Source: Callorhinchus milii (Eukaryota). Taken from it: DNA of 64,000 nucleotides. Of this stretch, positions 26,181 to 39,226 are shown piece after piece. Each line of letters opens with the position of its first letter. The first letter of the stretch is position 1. The notes beneath the pieces were generated by a model, which was not told the origin of the DNA, ran no database searches, and saw only the letters and a list, made by a program, of their open reading frames with translations. The stretch covers positions 107,386,001-107,450,000 of the forward strand of contig NW_024704742.1 of the NCBI RefSeq assembly GCF_018977255.1, read 5' to 3'. Made by a program: the position numbers and the translations under genes.

Positions 26181-26764
26181 GCTCCAAATTGACATTGACA
26201 ATGGAATGTCGGAATTGAACCCGGCTTCTGTGGGTTCAGTCGACCGGTTCCTGATCCAGGTGGGTCTGCAGTATTCCAGGGCACCTCTAATGACAGAACA
26301 ACCAACAGCCATAGAATAGTTCATCGGCAGGACCTGGAGGTGCAGACCAGTCACTGGGGCAGGGAATCATTCCACTCAGCTCCTATTAACCCTGCAAGCC
26401 AAAGCCCTAATAGGTTGTGTGGTCCCAGCAGTGGGAAAGCTTGCCAGACAGCAATATCAATGGCAAACTATGCTGTTTTAGCTGGTTAGACTCCAGCAGT
26501 ACCCCAACGCTGGGGTTCCCAAGCCTTGGCTCTTGCCAACCTGCGCTTAATACTTTCCAGAATCAGGGAGAGAGTGCGCATTTCATTCAACAATCTATCT
26601 CTGGAATTTCCATGTGTAGGTGGGATGCATGGAATTCTCAGTTTGGTTTGGATACTCTTAAGCATAATGATGGGTTTCCACATGTATCACACACCCACCT
26701 AACCAAAAAAAGTCCTTTCCTATCTATATACTGTACAACTTTAATATTTTGCCTTCCTGAAGCA

Positions 26765-27530
26765 CTGACAACATTACCATCCAAGGATGCACACTCCACC
26801 TCACTGAGCCAGTCTGGAACCTTGGCATCTTGTTCGTCCCTCATCTGTCCTTTCTAGCCCACATTCGTGCCATGGGCCGCTCTGCCTTCACCCACCTCCG
26901 CAACATCACCCGCTCTGCCACTGCTTCACCCCTCAGGCTGCGAAACCCTCATCCATGCATTCACCACATCTAGGCTCGACTATGCCAACTCACTGTTTGT
27001 CAGTCTTCCTAACGCTTCTCTTCACAAGCTGCAGTTCATCCAGAATTCTGCAGCTAGTGTCCTCTCCCGCACCAGGCTCCGTGACACCCATTACCCCCAC
27101 CCTTGCCAGCTCTACTGGTTTCCCTTCCCCCAGAGGATAGAGTTCAAAATCCTCATCCTCGCCTTCAAGGCCCTCCATAGTCTTGCCCCCTCCTACCTCT
27201 GTGACCTACTGATCCCATATCAACCTGCCAACACCCTCCGCTCAACAGGCTCTGGCCTGCTCCATGTCCCCCGCCGGCCAGGCCTTCAGCATTTCTGTCC
27301 CCACCCTATGGAACACCATCCCACTTTCCCCTCGCCTTGCTCCCTCCCTTACCTCCTTCAAGGCGCAGCTCAAAACCCTCCTCTTTGACTGAGCCTTCGG
27401 CCATTGCCCTACCCTCCTCCCTTCCCAATCCTGACCCACAGCTCAGGGTCTAAATCCCTGACTGTCCAGCACCTTGGGACATCCTCCTGACGTGAAAAGC
27501 ACTATACAAATGTAATTTTATATTGTATTG
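26765..27530 (+). mobile_element. L2 LINE 3' portion
   Basis: ETLIHAFTTSRLDYAN...QRIEFKILILAFKALH plus an L2 tail. Confidence 0.92.
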
Positions 27531-28943
27531 TATAAATTATTTAGGATCTGTACAAATGAGAAGAGAAGCAACAAATGTGTAGAATTCGGACTTCAGAACC
27601 ATATATTTGAAAGTTATTATTCTGATATTGATTTATATATTCTTATGGAAGGTTTCCACTGTTCTAAGCCAATCCAAGTGTTCTCCTAGCATAAGATTTG
27701 TGCCTATCTAAGTCAATGAATATCATTGCAAGTTTAATCAATTTTATATACATTATTGAAAGTAACCACTTTGAAATTAGACAAATCATAGAAGGAATAC
27801 AGAAAAATAAAGCCATATTGTTCATGTTTCCTTAATACAACCTCAGAATCTTGCCTGCAGCAGTTCGCTATTTCTGTGTTCCACACCAACCTTTGTGAGA
27901 TTACCTATTTTTGCTAAGCCGTGAACAAATTTGTGTTGTGAACTTGAACCCACTGGGTTAAGATTGATTGTAATTGTCATTGCATTGTCTGCCTAGATAT
28001 AATTCAAGCCTTAGTGGTGAAAGGAGTGTGTAAAAAAAATCCTTTTGTTTGATTTTATACCATGTAGTGATTCTAAACTGCATTTCTGTCATTTAACGTG
28101 GTAGCAATACTTCAACAGTTTGTTGTTATCAACTTGAAATTTCTCATGGTCTTATCCTTAAGACTATTATGTACAAGGGAGAGAAAGGCATAGAGGGATA
28201 TTTGAGAGGGGATTACGAGAGTTGGAGGCCCATGTATAATAGAAACACTGGCACGGTCTAGTTCGACTGAGAGGCCTGTTCCATTCTATAATGTTATAGG
28301 TGATTCTATGTTGCCTTAACACTTAGCTTAGTTTAGTTTCTTACAGTTCTTTCAAAAAATTCACTTTCAAAATTAGGCAAATTTTTAAAAAGTTCCAAAT
28401 TTTGACAAACTTTACTTTATGGGAACATTTTAAGATTAAGGAATTTCTGGACTCAGATACCTTAACGAGAATGTAGTCATGGAAAAGTTGTGTCATCTTA
28501 AGGGTACCATACATTCACAAAGTAATGTCATTTGGCAGTTTTCTGACTGACACAATGGATTTTCTGTGAAAGGATAAATAAAGAAATAAAGGGTATTTTC
28601 TGATTGTAAGCTATAAACACATACATACTCTTCAAAGCATTCAACAAAAGGAAATCAATTTACTTCTCTTCACAATGTGATGGCAAAATTACATCAAACA
28701 TTTGTAAAAATGCGTGTATCATATACCAATGTATTGAATTTTTATATTTTCCCACATCTTAGCTACATCTGTGCCATTGCCTAATTTACATCTGTGCAAA
28801 TGCCAACAACACGTAAATGTATTAATAATTGGATTGAAGCACAATTTTTTACATAATAATAGTGCATATCATATAATAGTTGGCATTCAGAGTAGAAAAT
28901 ATTATAAAGTGTTCATTTAAGGAGAGTGAATGTAATATTTTGT

Positions 28944-29273
28944 GGAGTCCTGTAGCTCAGTGGTTAGAGCACTCGCTTTGCAAGTGAGAGACCTGAGTTC
29001 AATTCCAGGCAGAGGGCGAAACCTTGGGCAAGTTTCCTTACTCCACACAGAGCCTAATAATAATCCCTCCAAAACCAAAAACAATAATAAATTGGTCATT
29101 TTCAATCTACGACTGTCTGTGGGACATTGCTGTGCGCAATTGGCTGCCGCGTTCGCCCACAAATATACAGTCAATTCACTTTACAGTGTGTTCTGTGAAG
29201 CGCTTTGGGACGTCCTCCCGACGTGAAAAGCGCTATATCAAATGCAAGGATTATTATTATTATTATTATTATT
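28944..29273 (+). mobile_element. tRNA-Ala-derived SINE, short form, young full-length copy (CmiSINE-like)
   Basis: A box TAGCTCAGTGG, anticodon-like arm CTCGC-TTTGCAA-GTGAG (TGC), B box GTTCAATTC, L2-type tail and (ATT)n. Confidence 0.93.
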
Positions 29274-29654
29274 TAACTCAATATTGACTTATTAGATGGC
29301 AGTCATTCCCTAATGCATAATCCCAAACTACAGACGATCAATGCAAAAGGAAGAAAATTGACAAGAGCATTTATTAATGGGATATCATACCATCCATAAA
29401 GCCTTCTGTTTTGATATAAAAAAATCTGTGAAACAAATTCTCTTCAGATATTTCTAAACCTTATTTTGTTATTTTGTGTAACAATAATAATCCTTACATT
29501 GATATAGTGCCTTTCATGTCATGAGGATGTCCCAAAATGCTTCACAGGATATACTGATAAGTGCAGTGGCTGTGTTTTTTATGGGCAAATATACATGAAT
29601 ATACATGAGGTTACCCGCAGGAGATGCACTTTGCATCTTGATTATTATTAATTA

Positions 29655-31425
29655 TTAGAAAGAAAGGTTAGTCAAAGGTAGGGTGGGGCCAATTAAGGAC
29701 CAAGGCGGAAATCTTATTGTGGAGGCATAGCTGATGTACTGAATGAGTACTTTGCATCTGTCTTCACAAAAGAAGTGGATCAGTATCGGAGGAAAGGGTA
29801 GACGGAATGGTTAGGATAAGTATAAAAAGAGAGGAAGTACTGAAAAGGTTGACTGGGCTGAAGGTAGATAAGTCGCCTGGTCCGGACGGGATGCAGCCAA
29901 GGGTACTATGGGAGGCACGGGTACAAATAGCGGAGGCTTTGGCTACAATTTTTCAATCTTCGTTGGACACAGGAGTGGTGCCAGAGGACTGGAGAGTGGC
30001 CAGTGTTACTCCCCTGTACAAAAAGGGACAGAAGAAAAACCTGGGAACTACAGGCCAGTCAGCCTAACATCAGTAGTGGGGAAACTCCTGGAGACTATAA
30101 TCCGGGACAGAATAAATCTTCACTTAGAAGATTATGGGTTAATTAGGGACAGCCAGCACGGATTTGTTAAAGGCAAATCTTGTCTAACAAATCTAATAGA
30201 ATTTTTCGATGAGGTAACGGAAAGGGTGGATAAAGGTAGTGCAGTTGATGTAGTTTATATGGACTTTCAAAAGGCATTTGACAAAGTGCCACATGAAAGA
30301 TTTGTAAGAAAGATAGCCCACAGTATAAAAGGGACAGTGGCAGCATGGATCCAGAACTGGCTGGAAGACAGAAAGCAGAGAGTTGTGGTGAACGGCTGCT
30401 TTTCTGACTGGAGGGAAGTGTACAGTGGCGTTCCCCAGGGATCGGTATTAGGACGACTGCTCTTCTTAATATACATAAATGATCTGGACTTGGGTATAGC
30501 AAGTACCATTTCCAAGTTTGCGGATGACACAAAGTTAGGTAGGGTGGTAAACAGTGAGAAGGATAGGAGCCAACTGCAGGAAGACATAGACAGAATGGTA
30601 AAATGGGCAGACACATGGCAGATGAATTTCAATGTGGAGAAATGCGAGGTAATACATTTTGGTAGAAAGAATGAGGGGAGGCAATATAGGCTGGTAATGG
30701 GGGGTAAAAGAACAGAGACCTGGGGGTGCAGATAAATGAATCCTTGAAGTGGCAGGACAGGTAAATAAAGCTGTAAAAAGGGCATATGCGATACTAGGCT
30801 TTATAAATAGGGGCATAGAGTACAAGAGTCAGGAGGTTATGATTAACCTATATAAAACACTGGTTAGGCCTCAGTTCTGGGCACCACACTATAGGAAGGA
30901 TGTTAAGGCATTGGAAAGGGTGCAGAGGAGATTTACAAGGATGGTACCAGGAATGAGGGACCTTGATTATGAGGAAAGGCTAGAGAGGATAGGATTATTC
31001 TCATTGGAGCCGAGAAGGTTACCAGGAGATCTAATAGAGGTCTTCAAATCATGAGGAGATTTGATAGGTTAGAAAGGGAAAAACTGTTTCCACTGGTGGA
31101 TGTGTAGGTGACTCGAGATCACAGATTTAAAATAGTCTCTAAAAGAAGCAGAGGGGAAGTGAGAAGAATTTTTTTCACGCAGCGAGTTGTTCGAATTTGT
31201 AATGCATTGCCTGAAAGGGTGGTCGAGGCCGATTCGATAACAACTTTTGAAAACGCTTTTGAAATGATAGGTATTTGAGGAGGACGGGTCTGCAGGGTTA
31301 TGGGGAAAGGGCTGGGGAGTGGGATTAACATTACATTGCTCTTTTCAAAGTGCCGGCACAGACTCGATGGACCAAATGATCTCTTTTTGTGCTGTACAAT
31401 TCTATGATTCTATGATTCTATGATT
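29655..31425 (+). mobile_element. CR1 LINE, 5'-truncated RT pseudogene with intact 3' tail
   Basis: KSPGPDG, NYRPVSLTS, YMDFQKAFDKVPH, GVPQGSVLG, KFADDTKL; ends in (ATTCTATG)3. Confidence 0.96.
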
Positions 31426-33436
31426 ATTATTCCTGCCACACCCCTGTGATTTCTGCAATTTGGCATAAAATTGGATCACACATTTGTGTTTTGTGAAATC
31501 GTACCCTCAAAGAACTAGTTTGAGATGCTTAATAGATTTCACTTGAGATTCTAACTCTCAGCAAAGAGAAGAAACATTTCATCCTATTACTCTAGGGTAA
31601 AATCAGACAAAGCCAAAAGATTTTAAAAGATAGTGCATTAATTGACTCTAGTATCCTGTTCCTCATAAATACATTATTATAATTGAAATTCTCTCAACGA
31701 TAATGTTAATTTTTGGATTATTTTCATTGTTAGTATTTCTTACAGCTAATAACCATTGTTTTCTTTGCATCCAGCAATATAATGAAAGAGGCCCTTGAAT
31801 TATTAAGGGTGAAGCAATTTTTCAGGACTCTCTGTCATAAAGTACAAAGCTGCCCTTGGTAATGTCTCCACAATTTGTATGTAATTGATCCAGTTTATCA
31901 TTTTGTATTCTCTTTTGATTGCCATAAAAAGTAGAGCATTGCTGCTGCCAGTTTCAGACACAAGCCTCATCAATGATATTCAAATCTTAATAAAACCCTG
32001 TGTGATTGACCACCGCTTACAAATTTTAGAAAATAAATGTAAAATATTGCCGCGGCAAGAGCACATTTGGAAGCTGTTTTAAACCACAAGAGCAAAATGC
32101 AAGTGGCTTATAAATTCACAAGAACACTATCAGTATCCTGTTCTATTTCGGATGCTTCTTGCTGTCACTGCAGGTCATTGAAACTGTGGTTAATACATGT
32201 ATCTGACTAGTCTTCGCAGTTGACAGGAAGACAAACTATTTTGAAACATCAAAATGTGATACTTTGACAAAAGGGTCACATTGACAGGAGGGAATTTTAC
32301 TGGAAAGAGCATAGCCAGTACCAAACTTAGGGGGGAGAAATTCCACCTGGGTGTAGATTTACTCTATTTTCTTTGCATTTCAGAATGTGTTGAATTTGGC
32401 AAATCTGTAGTTCACTCGGGTCAGCCTTCTTGGGGATAGAAACCACAATAGTACTCTATTGTTGTGAAAAACTTTGTGCGAGGCCATCTAGCGAGCTACG
32501 CACAGCATTAAAGATCTCCTGGCGTTCACCACTGTGCAACATCTGAAGATTTCACACTGATCCCACAACACATGGCCTGATCCTCTAAGGGGTATTTTTA
32601 CCCAGACAAGGTTAGCAGAGCACACTCTGACTTCCACTGCCACCAAGTCCTGGTCAATGATCGGAGCACCATTCATCTTTGGGTCCATAGGCCTTTCAAC
32701 CACCTGATACCCATGAAAACACAGACGATGAACACTCACCATCACACACATTTCCTGCAGAGGCAGAAATGCCTCTTCATTCTTGAGAAAGGAAAAGACT
32801 GATCTCAGATGTTTTGCCTCTCGAGGAATTTATCTATTATCAATCTGCAGAAAGGCTGAGTGATCAATCAGAGATACAACATAAGCAAACTAAGCACATA
32901 TTATTTTTCTTAGTTCCTGGATGCCTTTCCTGCTTATTTTTGGTTCTTATTGAGTATTGCAGACAACAAACATACTTTAAATTTGTCAGATAATTTTTCC
33001 TACATGGATTTCATTGTCATTTCCATTACTAATAAATTATGCGGCTCTGATGCAGTTCTCACTCCTTGTTGTACTTGCGAATGTTAGTAATGCTTACATA
33101 CTAAATGGCCTCTGCTCTTTTCTAACCCTGTCAGTGTGAATCCCTGCTCAAAGGTGTCTCAACCGAGTCAGAATCAGTCGCCCACAGGTATTCCCAAAAA
33201 ACTCCAATGCCCGGTAACTGGGAGTGGGACTCGGTCTGTCCGCACTGCCAAAACTCCGATGTTGATAGCTAGTCTTTAAGTGAATTACTTCTTTTCTGGT
33301 CTTAGAAATTTTTAGGGCTTAGGGCTTTTTCCCCACACAAGGGTCCACGTGACTTTCCGGGCTTTTTGCTACTTCTTTTGCAAACAGCTTTTGCAACTAA
33401 ATCGTTTGCAAGCTTTTTCTTAAACAGAATCTAATT

Positions 33437-34075
33437 CATAGTCATAGAATCATATAGCACAGAAAGAGGCCATTCGGTCCATCGTGTCTGCTCCGGCTCC
33501 GAAAAGAGCAATCCAACTCAATCCCACTGGCCTGCTTTCTCTCCATAGCCCTGCAATCTTGTCCTCCCCAAATACCCATCTACGTTTCTCTTAAAAGTTG
33601 TTATTGTTATTGAATCGGCTTCCACTACCCTCTCAAGTAATGCATTCCAGATCCAAACACTTTTCACTTCTCCTCTGTACTTCCTATATTCTATTTGATT
33701 ATCCTGTGTGTTTTGGCCTCCTTTTTCTGTTTTATTTTAATCCCAATTCCCTTAGTCATCCAGGGCAATTTGATTGTCCTACCTTTCCTGTTTGTGGGAA
33801 TGTATTTGCTCTGTCCCCAAACTATCTCCTCCTTGAAGGCTTCCCATTGGTCATTTGCTGTCTTACCTGCCAATCTTTCTTTCCAATCTATCTTGGCCAG
33901 GTCCCTTTATAACTCACTGAAATTAGCCCGCTTCCAGTTGAGGTTCTTTACCTTTGATTGATCGTTGTCCTTTTCCACAACTATTCTAAACTAATGATAT
34001 TGTGATCACTGTTATCCAGATACTCTCCTACTGAAACCTGCTCCACTTCATTTCCCAGAACTAAATCCAACGCTG
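33437..34075 (-). mobile_element. CR1, internally deleted (3' tail joined to the APE-RT linker)
   Basis: ATCATAG tail at about 33440; minus frame QWEAFKEEI...KYIP...PWMT; DHNI motif near 34000. Confidence 0.85.
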
Positions 34076-34269
34076 CTTCTATTGCGAAGCCTAACAGGAC
34101 ATGGGTTTGCAGTTTTGCAATTTGGTTCATTTAGTCCATCACTATTTGAAATTGATGAAGTGAGCATCAGTTTCAAAAAATATCCTCCATTCGGGGACAG
34201 AGCAAATATCCTCTGAAATAATACACTTGGCAAAGCTAGGTTTGCTGCATAAATCCAAGGCACGCATAG

Positions 34270-34272
<3 letters not shown>

Positions 34273-34300
<28 letters not shown>
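34273..34300. repeat. (TA)14 microsatellite
   Basis: Directly visible. Confidence 0.95.
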
Positions 34301-35489
34301 CGTCCTCAACCATGCGTGGCAAAGCCTGAGGGCAGTTTTAGTTGAAATAATACCAATTAATAAAATATGAAGAGAACTTGTAGTTTCCATCGATAAATAA
34401 TGTTATGAACAGTTGATTTGTTCCACTGTGTAAGCGATTTGGTTGTTTTCATTCAATAAAATGTTCTCTGGCAATTCCAATGTGTTTCACATTATATTCT
34501 CGAGTTATGTTGGGTCTAGTTCAGGCCATATGCTGGGCTAACAGAAAAGTACAGAAATATTTGCCGAAAATTGTGGGGCATTTGGGGAAATTGTGAGAAA
34601 TTGTGTGGAAAATTGCAGAGGGTGATTGGTGCTATTGAAAGATGCATTTTGTGAAACATCCCAGATTAAAACTATAGGCATGCATTTCCTGAACATGTGG
34701 TTATGTTTAAAATGCTAAAAATGCTAATGTAAATAGTATAGCACTTACCAAAAACTGGTTGCAGGAGCTCAGTTTAGGCCGAGCGCAGCCGATTCCCCAC
34801 ACATATGCGACCGGAACCGCTCTGCCCACAAAAACAGCGCGAGAGGCTCAGGGCCTAGCCCACCGTGTGTACAGGTTAGTAGCGGAGGGTGTGTTTGTAG
34901 CGCATTTGTAACGGATGGGGCATTCGTAGCGGATTCCTTGGAAAATGTGCGACCGCACTTTTCTATTGGCCCAAGTCATATGCTTGAGACGTACATCAGC
35001 AGACTGGTACAAGCTCTTGAGTCTCCTTCAACCATGTATCGCAGTGTTACAGCTTACTTCCAGACCTTCATCAACGAACAACAACTTGCATTTATACAGC
35101 ACCATTCACGTGGGGTAGCATCTCAAGAGCGTTAACATACAGTGAAATCATTGCAAAAATTGTGTCAGATTGTGACTCCCTCCCTTTTTAGAGTACAATG
35201 CCTACAGAATAGTGGTAAACTGAAATCAGCAACTCACGTCTATGAAGAATGTTCCCCAATTCCCTTCTCTCCTGCACTCCACACACACTATGTTCTGTCT
35301 TACAAAGCTCCAGATAAATTGATCCTGCATCTCATTGCTATTTATGGGACTCTGTTGGGAACAGAATAATTGCTGTGTTTATCCATAAGAACAGTCAATG
35401 TACTTGAAAATAACTACTCTGAAGTGCTTTGACATTCAGATAGACTGTACAGTACAGAAACAGGCCAGTCTCTAGCAAAAAAAGGCTTA

Positions 35490-36790
35490 ACCTGCCAGCC
35501 CTGGTATCATCCTGGTAACTCTACTTTGTATTCTTTCCATCACTGATATATCTTTCATATAGTGTGGAGAACAGAATTGGACACAATAATACAAATGTGG
35601 TCTAACCATGGTTTGGTACAAATTCAACATCACCTCCTTACCTTTGTGTTCTGTTCTTCTGCATATAAAGCTCAAAACTCCATTGGTCTTTTTATAGCCT
35701 TATCTACCTGTGCAGCTACTTTTAAAGATTTGTAAATCTGAATCCCCAGATATCTTTGCTCCTCTCAGGTTCCTACCATCTTGACGATAGATGGCTTCTT
35801 TATGTTTCCTGCTGAAGTGAATTACTTCTCATGTTTCTACATTAAACTTCATTTGCCATCTATCTGTCCATCCTGCATTCTTCTGCACTCCCCTTTACTG
35901 TTTACCATGCTCCCCAGCTTGATGTCAATTGCAAATTTTGACACCACACCGCCTATATGATTCCAAATCATTTATGTATATGGTGAACAGCAGCAGTCTT
36001 AACACAGATCCCTGTAGAACACTACTTCCTACCTTTTGCCAGCTTGAGAAGATACCCTTAACTCCTACCCTTTGCTTTCGTTTTCCGAACCATTCTTTAA
36101 TCCAGCCTGCTATCTCTCCTATGATTCCACAAGCCCAGATTTTAATCGTGAGCCTTTCACGCGACACTTTATCAAAGGTCTTCTGGAAATCAAAATCCAC
36201 TACATTCACCGCATGTCCCTCGCCTACTTCAGAGAATTCGATAAGGTTGGTCAAGCATGACCTTTCTTTCGTAAATCCATACTGGCTGCTATTAATTATA
36301 TTCTCCTTCTCCAGATGACTAGTTGCTTCATCTTTTATTATAGATTCCAACACCTTGCCCACATCCGATGTTAAGGTGACTGGCCTGTAGGTTCCTGGAT
36401 TAGCTCTACCACCTTTTAGGTAATAAATATTATATTGGCCATTCTCCCGTCCTTTGGTTTATGTACAAATTGGCTGCCACATTCACCCACAAATATAGCT
36501 ACTACACTTCACAGTACATTCTCCTGGTGTGAAAGGCATTATACAGAATGCAAGGATTATTATTATATTATTATTTATCTGCAGAAGCGAGTCTGCCATT
36601 GCAGGCAACTTTTGGTGTAAAGCAGCTAAATTTTCCAATGACATACCATCCCTGGTCCCAGAAACTGGTCTGCCTCTCCAATTCTCTGATAGGGTTCTTA
36701 AATATGTATACTAAAGTCTCAGCTATCTCCTCCCTGGTTGGGGGGGGGGGGGGGGGGGGGGGAATTTACCTTAAACTAGGGTGGCAAACA
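35490..36790 (-). mobile_element. CR1 RT fragment, interrupted at about 36460-36688
   Basis: QYGFTKERSCLTNLIEF, DFQKTFDKV, QGSVL; resumes as REEIAETLVYIF beside a 23-G run at 36740-36762. Confidence 0.88.
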
Positions 36791-36834
36791 CATGATAAGA
36801 ATTGGCTATAGAAATTGTTTATAAAAATAATAAT

Positions 36835-36996
36835 GATAATTTGGTCACTCAATCCACGACTGTTTGTGGGACACTGCTGTGCGCAATTGCCACATTTCGC
36901 TCACAAAATATACAATCAATTCACTTTACAGTATATTCTGTGAAGCGCTTTGAGACGTCTAGAAAAGACGCTATATCAAGTGCAAGGATTATTATA
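36835..36996 (+). mobile_element. SINE 3' half
   Basis: Body and tail match. Similar 5'-truncated copies lie at about 1345-1447, 19690-19852, 29481-29590, 36465-36575, 38281-38425, 42414-42592, 58690-58768 and 62770-62870. Confidence 0.85.
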
Positions 36997-37399
36997 TAAA
37001 AGGAGCTCCACAAGAGCAAATTAGTTTTTGCTTCATTACATTCACCTCCTCTCCTGGTCCATCCTTCTTCCCTTCCTAATGTGTGCAGACTACATATTAT
37101 TAAAATATTGTACTACTAAGTTATAATATACTTCTCAATGGATTAAGAAATTGTTTTGTATAGTAACTCAAAAGCCATAGTTCACCATAGGAAGTTTCCT
37201 AAGGACAAAAAGAACATTTAGAAATATTTTTGCCTTATGAATTTATCTACAGTACCGAGTCCGTCTCTGCAGACAATTTACGGTATAAAGCAACTGAAGT
37301 TCCCAACATCAAATCATCCCTGGACCCACAAACTGGTCTGCCTCTCCAGTTCTCTTTGATGGATATCTGTCATTGGCGTAGCAATGCACCTCTGCAGGA

Positions 37400-37585
37400 T
37401 AACAACAACAAACTACATTTCATCTTTCACATCAGGAGAGCTTCCCAAGACGCTGGACAGTCAGGGATCTGTACCCAAGCTGGTGGTTGGGATGAGGAGG
37501 GGAGGAGGACAGGGAGGGTAGGGGTAGGAGGGTGACCGAAGGCACGGTCGAAGAGGGTCTTGAGACAGGTCCTGAAGGAGGCAGA
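37400..37585 (-). mobile_element. L2 3' end
   Basis: (CAA)n tail and L2 3' UTR read antisense. Confidence 0.75.
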
Positions 37586-38849
37586 GAATCAAAGACATCT
37601 AAGATTCAGATACATATCCTGCCCTTCATTTGTGTTATTTTGCTAGCAGCAGAAGCGAAAATAAATTTCTAAAACATTTTGCAACTTTTCTAATGTCTTT
37701 CCACCACTTGCCTGGTGACATTGTACACACATGCACAGCGTTACGTTGCAAGCCTCCACACTCTTCCCCCATCCTTCAGAAGCATGGAGCAAAGATAGAA
37801 GAGCAGGTGAAGCAATAAAAAGCTAAATGCAAAATCTTCACTTTGTCAATGTAAAGCAGAATAGCAGCAGAGTGCATCCTGTGACTAGCTGACAATGGTA
37901 TCATAAACAGTAAGTTAATGAACAAAAATGAATTCACTTGTTTCAGTTTGTTGCCTATTTTGAGGTCTAACTTGCAGTCAAAACTAAGATTCCTTAAATA
38001 TTGAATATTAATTAATTAGATATGTGGGAGGCCAATACCTCTAATGCCGATGCCCTGACGGGGCTAATCAAGTTATTAAGGATTAACAACTGATGTCAAA
38101 ATTCGTATAGTAGTGAGTATTATGAATTTTGACATAACTTGTTTATCTAAAATTATTTTATATCTACATTACCAAACAATGACTGATCCAGTGGAAGGAA
38201 AGTCTTATGTGGAGTAAAATTCCATCCTTGGTGCAGATTTATTCTTTAATACCAATTAGAACATCCAGAATTTGGCAAATTATATAATATAATAATAATC
38301 CTTACATTTGATATAGGGCCTATCACCTCTTCGAGATGTCTCAAAGCGCCTCACAGAATATCCTGTAAAGTGAATTGACTGAATATTTTGTGGGTGAAAC
38401 GCGGCAGCCAATTGTACACAGCAATTCATAACATTAATATTCATAACATTAATTTCTAGTTTAGGGGAAAAGGGAAACATGATGAGACTTGTTGAACATT
38501 TCTTGTTCTTCCTGGGTTTTTAAAGATTAAATACTGTACATTTTCTCTGGTGGTTTGAGCTTATACTGTATTGCTTTTGACACATACAATTTTAAACTAA
38601 ATGGTACAATGTTATTATAATTGCTACTCATCTGGAATTTTAATTTATGCAAACACAAAAATCGTGTTTAATTATGCTTAGGCCATGTTCCTTATTAGTG
38701 CTACTCTTATATATGTGACCAGTCAACATTTTAATTATCAGTATAAATTCAACTTTTACTGTGTGTTAGTTAATGACAGGTGAATTAGATTAGTATGAGA
38801 ATTAAGTACAATCATAATAATAATCCTTGTATTTGATTTACTGTCTTTC

Positions 38850-39226
38850 CCCCTCCCACCTCTCTGACCTGCTGACTCCCTACCAACTTGCCCGCTCCCT
38901 CCGTTCATCGCGCTCTGGCCTGCTCCATTCTCCCGCCTGACCCACCCTACCATCGGTGACCGGGCTTTCAGCCTCTCTGCCCCCACTCTGGAACTCCAGC
39001 CCATGGTCCCTTCCCCTCGCTTCCTCCCTTGCCTCCTTCAAGGCCAGTCTCAAGACCCTTCTCTGCGACCGTGCCTTTGGTTTCCCTCCCACCTCTCTGC
39101 CTTCCCTCACCGCTACACCACCCCTCCCCCATGCTCGGGCCCCGACATCTGACTGTTCAACGCTTTGGGACGTCCTCCCAATGTGAAAGATGCTCTATAA
39201 ATGTAATTTTGTTGTTATTGTTGTTC
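38850..39226 (+). mobile_element. L2 3' end
   Basis: PLWNS...ASFKASLKTLLCDRAF plus a (TTG)n tail. Confidence 0.88.

Noticed and set aside
28944..29015. SINE heads as tRNA-Ala genes
   Set aside because: There is no proper acceptor stem or Pol III terminator, and each head runs on into SINE body and tail.
29908..30735. Long RT ORFs (also 45259-46035 and 59494-61235) as active or domesticated genes
   Set aside because: All sit in truncated LINE copies with many stops, deletions and frameshifts, too many to blame on homopolymer errors.
32488..32751. 87-aa minus-strand ORF
   Set aside because: No recognisable family or supporting exon chain; part of it resembles an ancient SINE-like motif (CATTAAAGATCTC).
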